Source: Oopsacas minuta (lineage: Eukaryota > Animalia > Porifera). From it: 40,945 nt of DNA. Under the pieces are notes generated by a model. That model saw nothing but the letters and a program-made list of their open reading frames with translations, made no database searches and was not told the DNA's origin. Positions 20,339 through 32,410 of the stretch are shown here, one piece after another (the first letter of the stretch is position 1; each line of letters starts with the position of its first letter). Made by a program: the position numbers and the translations under genes. The DNA is taken from positions 1-40,945 of the forward strand of contig JAKMXF010000063.1 of assembly GCA_024704765.1 (NCBI GenBank). The letters run 5' to 3'.

Positions 20339-22609
20339 CTACTTGCTACTCAAATCAATTAGTATACGAGTAAAGTGTTCTGGGAATTTACTATCCTTCA
20401 GGTGCAAATTAATTTCTTCAACAGAACCCTCCAGCAGACAGAGAAGCCCAGATAAGTCTTCAAACAACTCCATCTCTAGAGCTCCCAGTATATTTTTAAA
20501 GTATACAATGTCTGTAGAGATCTGTGAGACTCCATAGACTGTCAACTGTGTCAGACTGATGACAGAGTTGAGGTATTTCTCCTGAGTAAACTGACAAGTC
20601 ATTTCTAATAGAGATTCCAGAACATGTCTCAGGTTGTCATTAGGATGCTTTTTCATAGAGAACTCCTGTAAAATATCAGTATCTGGTAACTTAACTTCTA
20701 CTTCAGATAGAGACTTAAAGAGGCCTGCATTCTCTCCTGAGATAAACGGTTCTATCAACTGAGGGAGAGTGAGTAGGTAGTCACCTATCTCAGTCATGAA
20801 GTTAGAGGGAGCTAGGTCAAATGCTGACTCTTCTTTCTCTGTATAAGCAGATAACAGACTACTCTGTTGTAGACATTCAGATATCTTGTGAGTGAGATTG
20901 GAGAATAACAAAGTGCCAGTCAGGTTGTTAAGACTCTTAAGAGATATAGAGCTCAAATAGCATATTCCTCTAATACTCTCAGATTCATACAACTCCTGTA
21001 TTGAATCAGATACTTTTTGTAGAGATTTGTAATATGGAGAGTTAGTAGGGATAAACAGTAGTCTCTTAACGACACTATTATCAAAGCTAAAGTTATCTCT
21101 CAGATATGTAGATATCTCAGTATACAAATACTTCTGCTTGTCTTGTAGAGATAGCATAAAATCCCCCACAGCAGTTAGGAGGCGGAAGAGATAGCCTAAC
21201 AAAGCAGGATCTCTCTGATCAATATGACACGCTTCAATATTCTCTATCCATAAGTTACAATATATCTCACAACATAGGTCAGTTAGTTGTATTAGCTCAT
21301 TGAATAGAAGCCCTCTTGTGAATGATATACAAGCTTCTAGTTGATGAGTTAGGTAGGAAAGTAGGTGCTGTATTGAGTTCTGGAAATATTCTGAAATTCT
21401 ATCCAAACTCTTAGAATCAGGAGGAGGGGAGATACGAGCTACAAAATCTGATATCTGAGCTCTGCCTATATAAAGATATTTATGGAAATACGGCTCGAAT
21501 GGTGAGTGTGTGATATGCCAGATACTATGAATTGCTCCTAACTCTGTGGTAGAGAGAGATACAGTAGTTGAGCTAAGTATTTGGAATGTACTGTCTTCAA
21601 AATGTGAAATAAATAAATCTAAACTAGACTTTAGAGATGTTAATTCTCTAAAATTAGACGTAATGCTATTGAATGGAGATTCTAAAGGAAAAAGTGTCAA
21701 GACAAGTTCTCCAACAGGGTGACAAATGTTTGATAAAGATTTGTAAAGTGCAGAACAGAGAATATCAAGAGGATCAGGAAAAGTGTCTAGGCAGAATGTA
21801 AGCTCATTTTCCCAGAAAGATAGCAGGAATTCAAAGAATCTTTGTATCCTATCTCTAACGTCATCTCCATTTAAACTGTCCCATTTACGGTTCAACTCTC
21901 CTACACAATACATACTGTAGTGTTCAATCATGATATCTGATATGTTTGCATCTTGTGATAGGTAGAGGAGAGAAGTAGTCTCGGTAACATTGTGATTAGC
22001 TAATGCAAGTGAGAGAGATGGATACATGATCTGCCTCAGTTCACGTTGCATTCCCTCTACTAACGCAACCTGCTCTGTCTGTGATACATTTAACTCGCTC
22101 TCACGCTTCAGCAGCTGCAGACACCTGTTCATGTTTGAAATACGGTGTGAAATCTGTTGTAGATCCTTACTATAGAGAATCTCGTCTAAATCCTGAGTCA
22201 ATACACTCCAGTTGTTAGCCTCCTTCAAATCATTTATACTCAGTTCCAGTCTACTTTTAACAGCATCCAACGTCTTGAGACTCTGTACGTCGAGGCAGTA
22301 TTCCTTCCCGAATATTTCTATTTTTTTATCAATTTCTCTAAGCTCTTGCTTCAAGCTATGAGCTTCAGACTTGAGAGACTCCAAGTCTCTCACTGCTTTA
22401 GGGACAGAAGCTATCATTCTTTGTCCAGCTTCCTGTACTTTACTTTGAAGTTCCTGAACCATTAACTGTAGTTTCATCATCAAGTTGGATGCTTGTACCT
22501 CGAAGGAAGAAGTGCCAGTGGAAGAAATATCAATTTGTTGAGGTTCAAGCATTTCATTTATCCAACTCTTTACTTCAAATTCGGGATCTGAGAATCTTGT
22601 AATATCCAT
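20339..22609 (-). CDS. COG7: Conserved oligomeric Golgi complex subunit 7
   Basis: 756-aa intronless ORF. The N-terminus MDITRFSDPEFEVKSWIN...LMMKLQLMVQE...VPKAVRDLESLKSEA...LKTLDAVKSRL...LKEANNWSVL and the C-terminal PSNFMTEIGDYLLTLPQLIEPF and GVSQISTDIVYFKNILGAL match the COG7 pattern. Confidence 0.9.
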   Translation of the reverse strand: MDITRFSDPEFEVKSWINEMLEPQQIDISSTGTSSFEVQASNLMMKLQLMVQELQSKVQEAGQRMIASVPKAVRDLESLKSEAHSLKQELREIDKKIEIFGKEYCLDVQSLKTLDAVKSRLELSINDLKEANNWSVLTQDLDEILYSKDLQQISHRISNMNRCLQLLKRESELNVSQTEQVALVEGMQRELRQIMYPSLSLALANHNVTETTSLLYLSQDANISDIMIEHYSMYCVGELNRKWDSLNGDDVRDRIQRFFEFLLSFWENELTFCLDTFPDPLDILCSALYKSLSNICHPVGELVLTLFPLESPFNSITSNFRELTSLKSSLDLFISHFEDSTFQILSSTTVSLSTTELGAIHSIWHITHSPFEPYFHKYLYIGRAQISDFVARISPPPDSKSLDRISEYFQNSIQHLLSYLTHQLEACISFTRGLLFNELIQLTDLCCEIYCNLWIENIEACHIDQRDPALLGYLFRLLTAVGDFMLSLQDKQKYLYTEISTYLRDNFSFDNSVVKRLLFIPTNSPYYKSLQKVSDSIQELYESESIRGICYLSSISLKSLNNLTGTLLFSNLTHKISECLQQSSLLSAYTEKEESAFDLAPSNFMTEIGDYLLTLPQLIEPFISGENAGLFKSLSEVEVKLPDTDILQEFSMKKHPNDNLRHVLESLLEMTCQFTQEKYLNSVISLTQLTVYGVSQISTDIVYFKNILGALEMELFEDLSGLLCLLEGSVEEINLHLKDSKFPEHFTRILIDLSSK

Positions 22610-23722
22610 CTAAGCTAACTTACGGAAGATTATGAAGTTTAAAAATATCAAGGTTGCAACCGAATAGTTAAATATTTCTGTTGGACCAAATCTATTCGGC
22701 ATTCGGTTGGTCTGTCACTAGACCCCAAAAATTTGGCCCAATGGACCATATTTCTTAGAAATGGTCCTATCCTGAAATTTTGGTCCCACCATAGCACATA
22801 ACTAATTAGTTATTACGAGTAGCTTCGCTTGCTCGTAATTGTGTACGGCTTGCAAACACTGTGTTCGCATGTAACTCGGCACATCAATTACGTATTATAC
22901 GTTCAATCTACAATTTTTGGCGACGTAACTTCAATTGGGCTGATTTCTGCAATAGATATTTTACATAAAAACAGAATTTCTCGAATTGTTGATGAGAAAT
23001 TTCAACACAGTTGACCAAATTATATAATACTTGATAATTATATGATATATACAAGTCTAAAAATGTCCAAATCTCCTATTTCGAGATTAACCTAGACGTA
23101 TAATACGTACAAATAGATCACGTATAACATATTATACGTTTAATACGTATGATACGTTATACGCGTATTATACAACTTAGCTAAAAACACGTATTTACAA
23201 TATTATCTATTCAAACCTGAATTATGACGTAATTGTCACCTTTATGGAATTTCGAAAATTCACACTAGCCATTCTTCATTCAATATACATGTTAGGTGGT
23301 TGAAATTTCAATTCCAGGTAGCCCTCAATATGCCAAATGTCCTGACGTAATCACTTTTACCAATGCTAACTAATCGTGTACTAATTTTAGGGCCGGGGCC
23401 ACTTTCTGGTGCTTTCAGTACTGTTTCTATGGTACGTGAGATTTCAACCCAACCACTTTGGTAGAGCTGCTATGGTTTAACCGGACCACTTCAAAATCCG
23501 TGCCGCCGGGCTTGTAATTACTTCATCATGAATGTACAAAAATAGACATTTTAATTATTAATACCAAATGATCTGAAACTGTTTCTATATAAAAAAATGT
23601 CATGACAAAGTTGGCATTTTTCCATGGTCTTTATCACACAGACCATAGATTGATTCGTTAATATCCTCTTATAACTCGATAATCACGGAAATTATGGTCA
23701 AATCAGGTTAGTCATTTTATAG

Positions 23723-23889
23723 TATACATCCAACTTCACATACTCTTGTAATATATTTTGATATGATATCCCTAAAGATTATTCGCAATCTCAAAAATGA
23801 CCATATATGGGCATATTCATGATTACGTCATATTGGTAAGAGATATCATATCAAAGTATATTATAAGGATATGGGAAGTCAGGTGTATA
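23723..23889. mobile_element. Foldback MITE, copy 2 of the 19302 family
   Basis: Same terminal inverted structure and the core cgcaatctcaaaaatgaccatatatgggcatattcatga. Confidence 0.75.
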
Positions 23890-24473
23890 CTATATACTGG
23901 CTATGCTGAATTGACCATAATTGTAAAGATTATCGAGTTATAAGAAGATATTAACAAAACATATGACAGCCATGGCCTGTAATAACTCAGAAAAAAGCCA
24001 GAAAAATGCTTTGTCCAGAATTGATCGAAGAACCTGGAAGACCCCGGAAGACCCCGGGGCTGGTTTTTAGCATACAGCGGTATTTTAGGCCTGACCCGGA
24101 CAAGTTCGAGTCTCAGACAAAAAGTCACACCTATGGCGAAATTACAAATCTAAACATTGCTACAATTTCTCTAACTCGAGTCCCGAAATCCAGAGCACGT
24201 TTGCTCTTAAAATAACATCCTCGAGTCGTGAAACGACCTAGCAATCGAAGCATACTAGCTGAAATTCATTCAAAAGATATTTTTAAACACAACTAATTAA
24301 TATATTCACAGTCATGAATCATGATTTGCATCAAAATTAAATAATTTTGCGAAACATCTGCTATACATACACATAACACATAACACATAGTTATTGCCTT
24401 AGTTTACAGTAATACTAACATAATGATATTTACACTTAGATGCTTGCTTAGATGCTTAGGTTCCAATTCAATT

Positions 24474-26075
24474 TTAGAATATTTTCTTTGAGACATAACA
24501 TAGGAAATGTATGAATTCGATCAAAGTCAGAGAAGGTATGATTGCTGAAAATACTATTAGCAAATCCATCACAGTGAGGTATGTATTTACGCTATAGATG
24601 AAAAGAAATAAGACAGAGAGTAAGGGAATAAAAAATATCCGAATTACCATCTGGAAATCAGCAACATCTTGGAGACCTTGCGTGTGTACTCTATCTCCAA
24701 ATCGTACTAACATCCATAATATAATCTGCATCATACCGATAATGAATAGGTTTGTACAATACAATGTGATCACCACTGTAAGACTGTCATCCCCAACTTT
24801 GTTAGCATAACCCACCATAATGTTTGCACAGAAAGGAATTATACATACAAACAGCTGAGCGAAAGTATTGAGCACATTCATTAGTCTGGTCATGTGGTGA
24901 ATGTAATGAAATATGGAATGATTGACAAACCAAAACAAACAGACTATAAGAAAACTATTCACGTAACTCAGAATAGTAAATCTTGACTCATATAATATAG
25001 CATATGCGTTAACATTCATATCTTCTGCTAGGGAAAGATAGTCGTCATTCAAGTCAACTTTATTCGTAATTTCTGTTGTAGTGTCTAATATTATAATGGT
25101 AGCCACAATAGCGAAAATACCATCAGTGAAAAACTCAACTCTAGATTTCGTAACTGCTGCCCTGAATTTCCTAATCTTTAGTTGATAGGTATAGTCTCGG
25201 TATCTGAATTTTCTATAATTTGAATAGAATGATTCACAAACATTAACGTATTTGTCCCCGAATAGGAGAGCATTTCCAACAAAAATGGAAGAAATAAAAA
25301 CTCGATAAGGTGAATCAATATATAAAATAACTGGAGCCATCAACAATAGTAGAGGAGCAAACAAATATGATGCAACCCGAAAACCGATAATAGTCCTTCC
25401 GAATAATTCACTGTGTATATGAGAAGGGAGAGAATGTCTTGACCAATTACTGTATAATATCTGGCATGACTGAGCTAGTGCCATCAAAAGAGTGGGAACA
25501 AACAGAATTACAAGTACTGAAGAAATAGCCCCAATAAGATGAAGGAGGGTAAAACATAGCGGTATTACACTGCAGGCTAGGAGAAATATTATGTTAAGCC
25601 ACAAAATAAAATTGTCTGCAACAGGATAAATATAGAAAATCTTCATGTGACGATCCCATGCAGATACAATGAAGAAGAATCCAGATATGAATAATATGAA
25701 TCGGATAATAAACTCGGGCTTATTGTACAAATTATCCTCGATTGTGTACTTTTGCATTTGTTCTGAAGAGAGCTTAAGTGGTGTGATTAAGATGGTAGCG
25801 ACAATTGCGAGTACAGCGTCACAAAATGCTTCCAGTCTTTCTGAGTGGAAGTACGTGTGTTTCGCTTGAATCAACTCTTTCCCAACACTTGTAGTTAAGT
25901 TATTGGATGTAGATTTTAAGGAGATGGAAGGAGTTTTAAATTCATTCATAGAAACACCATCACAAGTATTAACCTCTGTGTTTATATTTTTCTGATCATC
26001 AGTTAGCGGTGGAGTTGCCAAGTTATCCATAGTAACTAAATACGAAGTAAATGTCGTGGTAAATTGTATAAGCAT
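24474..26075 (-). CDS. TMEM175: Endolysosomal K+/H+ channel TMEM175 with two tandem 6TM repeats
   Basis: 533-aa intronless ORF (the start may be Met16). Both signature helices are present: ERLEAFCDAVLAIVATILI and SRVEFFTDGIFAIVATIIILD. Each is followed by a W-x-x-H-x-x-x-F segment (WDRHMKIF, WFVNHSIF) and further TM segments. Confidence 0.9.
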   Translation of the reverse strand: MLIQFTTTFTSYLVTMDNLATPPLTDDQKNINTEVNTCDGVSMNEFKTPSISLKSTSNNLTTSVGKELIQAKHTYFHSERLEAFCDAVLAIVATILITPLKLSSEQMQKYTIEDNLYNKPEFIIRFILFISGFFFIVSAWDRHMKIFYIYPVADNFILWLNIIFLLACSVIPLCFTLLHLIGAISSVLVILFVPTLLMALAQSCQILYSNWSRHSLPSHIHSELFGRTIIGFRVASYLFAPLLLLMAPVILYIDSPYRVFISSIFVGNALLFGDKYVNVCESFYSNYRKFRYRDYTYQLKIRKFRAAVTKSRVEFFTDGIFAIVATIIILDTTTEITNKVDLNDDYLSLAEDMNVNAYAILYESRFTILSYVNSFLIVCLFWFVNHSIFHYIHHMTRLMNVLNTFAQLFVCIIPFCANIMVGYANKVGDDSLTVVITLYCTNLFIIGMMQIILWMLVRFGDRVHTQGLQDVADFQMVIRIFFIPLLSVLFLFIYSVNTYLTVMDLLIVFSAIIPSLTLIEFIHFLCYVSKKIF

Positions 26076-27083
26076 AGTAGTTTGTAATTAAGATTGCCAT
26101 AGGAAGGCGGTAACGATTAATTAGCATACTACAATAGATGCGGGAATAAGCGCCCTCTTGGGAGTAGCAATACATGTTCTATGTCCTTATATCAGATATA
26201 AAAGTATATAGTAGAATCTCGGAGATCCGGGCACTATTTCCAAAACAGTTAGATTTTTTAAATTTCTCAGCTAATTTCTCTTGTAAAAGAGTTGTCCTGA
26301 CCTGTATTTCGTATGTAACGCGTTTCTTAATAACCACAAACCGTTCACACATCTAGATTCGCCAATTCGAATACATGACAATGTGTTAAATTGTATACAA
26401 TTGGATCTCCCACGGGGACTTCTTTATCCCACGGAACTGAAGAAATTTCAAATTTTGTTGTTTGTTGCATATTTTGGCCTTGTGAATTACAGAATACTAT
26501 ATCATCAGGGTTGTCAAGCATTTTTTTTCTCCCTTATCACGTTGGTGGTAATCAATTATCACAATTTTGTAGTGAAATCAATAAAATATCAAGTAATATA
26601 ACTTTTCATCATTCCAATGTTATATGAACCACCTTTCAGCTGGATAACTAGTTGACTACCTAACCTCTCTAGCCAAGGGAAGGAGCTCGAAATTAGGGAA
26701 GGAAATTTATAGCGGAATTATTCTACTTTTGTACAAATTGATTGAAATTTTGACATATAGATTACCATCGACGTGAAATGTCATTCGCCAGACAATGGGA
26801 TTTCTTCCCAAAATGCGTGAGATTTGGCATTTAAGCATCAAATATACAGTGAAGCATGAAGAATCATAAAATGGCGTGATTTCACTTTTTGACCTCTGAA
26901 AAAGCGTGAGACTCACGGGTAAGGCGTGAGAGTGGCATCTCTGCAATTGTTCTGCGCCAGGATTGTCCAAATATTATCCACTTAGGGTTTTGGTAGAGGA
27001 AATCAAAATTTTCTATTTGAAATCAATATGATTTATATCCAGAGCCGTCGACAGAAAGTACGGGCCCGGTCACAGCCTTCTTT

Positions 27084-27813
27084 CCCGGTGTAACAGCCTA
27101 GATTAGCCCCCAGGTATAAACCCGGCTAGCCCAGGTTATACCCTCAAAAGGGGGTTAATCTGGGTTAGCCTAAATTAACCCCGGGTATAAACTGGGATAG
27201 CACAGATTAAGCCCCGGGTTAAGCTAGGCTAGCCCAGATTATACCCCCGAAAGGGGGTTAATCTGTACTAGGCTAGTTTATACCCAGGGGATTGGTCTAG
27301 CCCAGTGATTCTCAACGGGGTCCACTTGCCCCCCCTGAGAGGAATTTCAAGTCCATGGGGAGGATTATGTTTAAGGAATATCCACCAGGCTCTTGGATCA
27401 CTGACCACTCAAAATCGGTTCACCTAGTCAATTAATTTCGACTTGACCTGGTTCAGAATTTGGACAAATATTTATATTATCTAACCAAATATTATTGTTA
27501 TACGTAGTTCTATTCAAAATGCCAGAAAGAAAATTTTCAATTGTTTGTTTGGTAGATTAACTGAAAAATTAATCATTACTATTACAAAAATTAAGGTATA
27601 ATGATGATTCAAAGATAGGGATCCGGAGGCTATGGAAGAACCTGGGGGTTGCTAAGAGAGGAATGCGATGTCGGACGTTGAGAAACACTGATCTAGGCTC
27701 AGAAGGTATAATCTGGGCTAGCCCAGTTTAAACCCCGGAGTATAAACCAGCCTAGCCTAGTTTAGACCTGGGTATATTCTGGCGGGGGGTTAATTTGAGC
27801 TGCTACACCAGGG
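27084..27813. mobile_element. TIR element built from alternating short palindromes, interrupted by a hAT MITE
   Basis: Ends cccggtgtaacagc and gctgctacaccaggg. The interior repeats ctgggctagcccag variants alternating with ttatacc..ggtataa / taaccccgggt variants on both sides of the insertion. Confidence 0.7.
27303..27690. mobile_element. hAT (Buster/Charlie-type) MITE
   Basis: TIRs cagtgattctcaacg and cgttgagaaacactg (14/15). 8-bp flanks gtctagcc and atctaggc (6/8, central TA). Confidence 0.8.
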
Positions 27814-28374
27814 CCCCCTGAAGCCAATTCAAAGCCGTCACGGTTCGCCCACCTGTCTCCTTCCTCAATTTAGAATGCTTGTGTTTATTGTATTCTAATT
27901 TTGCATATGTAAAATTCAACTCTATAAGTAGTACCGCCCTAGCCGAAGGCCTATTTCGCCCAGTGACAGCATAGCAGGACTTTTTTTCTAGTATAAGATT
28001 TATAGTGATTAAAGTAGAATTACAGTGTGCATAAAATTAATGACGTTGAGTTGTGGGGGCCCTGTTCGGGCGTACACTCCCAACACTCCTAAATCCGGTA
28101 CTGCTAACGTGGCAGTACAAAGGTAATTAACGTAGTAGCTATTATGGCTTATTGTCAAGGTCTACGCCTCGTCACGACTAGAAGACCTACAGCACCCCAG
28201 ACCCCCAGCTGCAGTAGCTTCGTGCATATGTGACTGGGGGCCCCTCGAATATTCTCCGAGCTACACATCATTACTCGACCAGAAAAAACAACTTTCTGGT
28301 GCGATTGCAGACCATACGTTATTTCTTTCAATTGTTTGGCTCTTGGACCTTACTGATTGTTTACAGCGCCCATA

Positions 28375-28471
28375 GGCTTTGAAATCTGGGGTGCACAAAT
28401 TCAATCTGGCAGGAAACATCTAGAACTTCTTGACAACCAGATTGAATTTGTGCCCCCCATATATCAAAGCC
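28375..28471. mobile_element. 97-bp hairpin mini-MITE
   Basis: ggctttgaaatctggggtgcacaaattcaatctgg pairs with ccagattgaatttgtgccccccatatatcaaagcc (35-bp arms, 3 mismatches). Confidence 0.75.
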
Positions 28472-30050
28472 ACACGACGCAACTGCCCAGCTGGATGGTA
28501 CTAACCAACTAAAAATTTATGATCCGCCACTGGGCATGCTCCTGCTAAACCCGTGAAACACCTTGCCCATCGTCCTGCCCCTTGGAAACTTCGTGACCCC
28601 CCTGGTAATTTATTTGCCCCCCGCCCCCAGGTGAAAATCCTGGCGACGTCCCTGTCCTCAAGAATAGGCGAGATTGTTACTATTTGTATGGTAATTTTAG
28701 CAATTGCTGAAATACTTTTGTCCAGGCAGGGTATGTCAACCTGGCGTCTAGCCAAGCCGCGAGATTTCTTCTCGAAAGGCATGAGATTTGGCTTTCAGCA
28801 TCCAATGTCAGGGCCGTAGCCTTGAAAATACAAGTGGTCCTGTTGGATACGGCAAACAAGACCAAGTGGTCAGGTAAAGCTATCTAATATAGGGGCGTCG
28901 ATTGCCGCGGCAATAATTTCCGAAATTTTATTATATTGCATTTGTTAAATGTTTATGACTTGTGAGATCAAATAACGGATATACTGTATTTTTCATTGTT
29001 TGCCTTGAAATTCATTATTGATTAATCAATCTCAACATCTATGAAGTAAACGCTGGATATTATTTTTGTATTCAAAATATTCAATTCCTGCAACTTTATC
29101 TCGGGGGATGCAACTAAATTTGATTTGAATATCACTGAAAGCGGCCGAAATTTTCGCATATTTGGGCTTGTCGGGTATATCCAAAATCATGATTTTAAGG
29201 GGCTACGGCTATCCGGGCTCATAGAGCAAGACCCCACTGTTATCATAATAATAGGTTACTTTGGGACGTGTGGAAGGATTTTAAAATTGGTGTACCACTG
29301 TATATTCAGTATTCCTTCTAAGAATCGGCCAGGAAAATAGCTAAATTTCCAGCTTTCCAATGTTTTCAAGCGCCGGTTGATCAGCTTAATACATGATTTT
29401 AGACCCCTTAACTGGAGAACTATGCATTTCTATTAAGTATTTACAATTCACTTATTGGTGGGTAAACCTTACTTTTGGACATATTATTAATGAGCCGTGG
29501 GCCGCGGTAATAATGTTTTCCTTCCGAAGCCGCTGACTTGGTCAGGTTATACCAACTGGCCAGGTTGAACTGTACAACCTCAAAGATTGTGACATATTGG
29601 AAAATAGCAAGCAAAGGTGGTCAGGTTGAAACCTGACCAACCGGACAGGTAACTACGACCCTATGTAATATTGCTAATTGTATGTTTCTTTGAAATCTGT
29701 GAACCATCTACGGTTATAACAATGGGAACAATTCGTTCATTTTGAAAGCACTATCTTCCAAACAATGCAACGGCTAGTTTACCTCCTGCACGATGGAAGA
29801 AACAGTATTACAGATAAATTCGCAAGCATTTTTAACCACATTTCAAGAGAACTTGCTAATGTATTTTACCCCCTTATCATAATCGCCGGTAAAATATACC
29901 TAATTTACCCTCAATTTTAACACAGTATCTCGAGATATTTCCTCCATTCTATAAGGAAAACTAGCATTCCTCATTTCGCTCCAAATATACGATATGTTAA
30001 TGCCTATTCTATTAGCAGCGTTATTATTCGGCGTTTGCGGTATATTTCTC

Positions 30051-30112
30051 CACTTGTATATAAAATTGGGTGTTCCTTCTTCACTTGTATATAAAATTGG
30101 GTGTTCCTTCTT
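30051..30112. repeat. Perfect 31-bp tandem duplication containing TATATAAAA
   Basis: cacttgtatataaaattgggtgttccttctt occurs twice. Confidence 0.9.
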
Positions 30113-30363
30113 CTGGCCAGCTTGTTTAACTTAATGCTTGGAGATACATACACAGACATGGAATACTAAATCTATTCACAAATATTCTCTACTGGGATGC
30201 TGCATTTAGTGCTTGTTTGTACTAATTAATTGGCATATGTAATTCGTATGTTAATATGGTATAACTTTTGATAGCGTCACATTTCTTCTATCGTATCCTG
30301 GGGAGAAATTGCTTTTTAGATCTATGATTTTATTTTATTTTTGTATTTTTGAATATTAGCCTT

Positions 30364-31894
30364 ATGCATATTTATACCTTATTTGATATCATATATCTTT
30401 TTCTCATTCTATTCTCATTGTCACATCTATCACAACCTGTCAATGCTGCTAAGAAGAGACCTATACAGGAGAATATAGGAGATCAACTTGATAGCAAAGT
30501 ATCTCAACTCTGGGACTGGACCCAGCAGAGAACTATAATCCCATTCACCAGCTACGACAGCTTCCAGCACTATCTCCGTACTAAACCACGGAATTACTCA
30601 GTAGTGCTAATGCTCACAGCTCTCAGATCGGAGAGAGGCTGTCAGATATGCAAAGAAGCTAGGGATGAGTACAAGATTGTAGCTGATTCATTCAGATTCT
30701 CATATGGACACAGAGATTCTACTCATGAAAAGTTGTTATTTTTCGCGATGACAGACTTTGATGAGGGAGGAGGTGAGATATTTGAGTCTCTCCATCTGAA
30801 GACTGCTCCCGTGTTCATACACTACCCACCTACTGGTAAGCCTAAGTCAGCTGATAGGTTCGATATGTCACGACAGGGTCTACATGCAGAAGCACTGGTA
30901 CAGTGGATATCTGACGTAACAAGCGTTAGGGTATGTTATAGTAGATATATTAAATTATATTTTTATTATTTTAGGCTTTTGGTAATGATAGACTTGTTTC
31001 AGTCTTCTAAACATGCAGCCAGCGGGGATATATGTTGCATTATCATTTTCTGATAATTTTATGACCCTCCCTATGTGATTGTGTGTCAAACGATATTTAC
31101 TTTTTTTCAAGTGTGATTTGTCCGTACGGTTCTTTATTATATAGTTGAGCTCTTATTTTATTATTTTAGAGGAATTTAGTTTATTCAAAAATACTTAACT
31201 ATCATATATCCCCAGCTGGGAGTTGTGTGCCACTCGTCAGAAATTCCTGGCTATGACATTGAGAATGGCTTTGCAACTTCACTCAGTCACTTTTCGTCAT
31301 AAGTATTATTGGTTAAAATACATTAAACTATCATTTCTCCGTTCTTTTATGATTACTATGGAATATGTTGTTGTATTTTGAGTCGTTGTATGTGTTTAGA
31401 TTCGTCTCTTCCGTCCTCCTAACTACACTCTGCTCTTCACAGTAGGTCTACTCTTCATTCTTATGATGCTGGGTGGCTACTGGATGCGAGAACAACTAGA
31501 CTCATTCTACAATCCTATATACTGGTCTCTCCTCTCAATAGCTATCGTACTTGTTATGATATCAGGACAGATGTGGAATCAGATTCGAGGCCCGCCCATG
31601 GTCCACCGAGATCCCAACACCGGAGCTACAGGGTTCTTTTCAGGCAGCAGTCAATACCAGTTTGTAGCAGAGACTGGTATTGTATTTGCTCTGTACGGAG
31701 GTATTACCGCTGCTCTCATAATGCTCAATCATGACTTGCTCCCGCTGGGCAGCAAAAGTGTAGTGGGTGTTCCTTCCAGAGGACTCTCTTCACTCGGAGG
31801 ACTGATAATGTTCGTAATTATATTCTCCTATCTGCTATCTATCTTCAAGATGAAGTATCAAGGTTATCCTTACAGTTTTCTTCTGTTTGGTTGA
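30364..31894 (+). CDS. OST3/OST6-family oligosaccharyltransferase subunit (MAGT1/TUSC3-like); exons 30364-30930 and 31400-31894, about 353 aa
   Basis: Signal peptide; thioredoxin-like domain with KPRNYSVVLMLTAL..RGCQIC; phase-0 intron AGG|GTATGT...tgtttag|ATT CGT (IRLFRPPNY); four TMs with ISGQMWNQIRGPP, QFVAET and SIFKMKYQGYPYSFL. MAGT1 versus TUSC3 cannot be resolved. Confidence 0.92.
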
Positions 31895-32410
31895 AATATA
31901 TATTGTTAGAATTTTGAAATTAGATAATACAATTAGCCATGATATGTATTTCTATCGTTCAGTAATCTTATCTGGAGCTACTCCATTCGGTTTGATAGCA
32001 TTTGCTTATTTTCAAAAACTGTCTTCTTGAGGTGAGGTTATTCTAATTCTGTTCGCTGTTCATTATTTAAATTTGTTAAGCACAAGCCCTAGATATAGGC
32101 AGTATCCTGATAGTGTCATATGGAATAATTGAAAATGTTCGCGAGCCAAGCAAAGTGTACTAAAATTGATGCTTCACCCCTTAGGTTTCTCCCGATTCTC
32201 CGATGAATATCGATTTTATATGATAAAATAATATTATTCTCTTGAACTCAAATACTCATACATGCCAACTTTAAAGAACACCATCGCGGGACTCAATATA
32301 TTTAACATGGAGAACTCACCCAGCTTATGAACTACTTGTGTGATTGAAATGATTATGTTCGATTAGAAAAATGGCAGAAATCACAATTAAACCGTAAATA
32401 TTTAGTAATA

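Noticed and set aside
27084-27813. CRISPR or REP-like palindrome array
   Set aside because: There are no unique spacers of constant length. The array is bounded by TIRs and sits among MITEs.
28501-29340. Short ORFs 28501-28782, 28553-28819, 28680-28865 and 29125-29340
   Set aside because: They overlap GC-rich MITE fragments, mostly use non-ATG starts and contain no recognisable domain.
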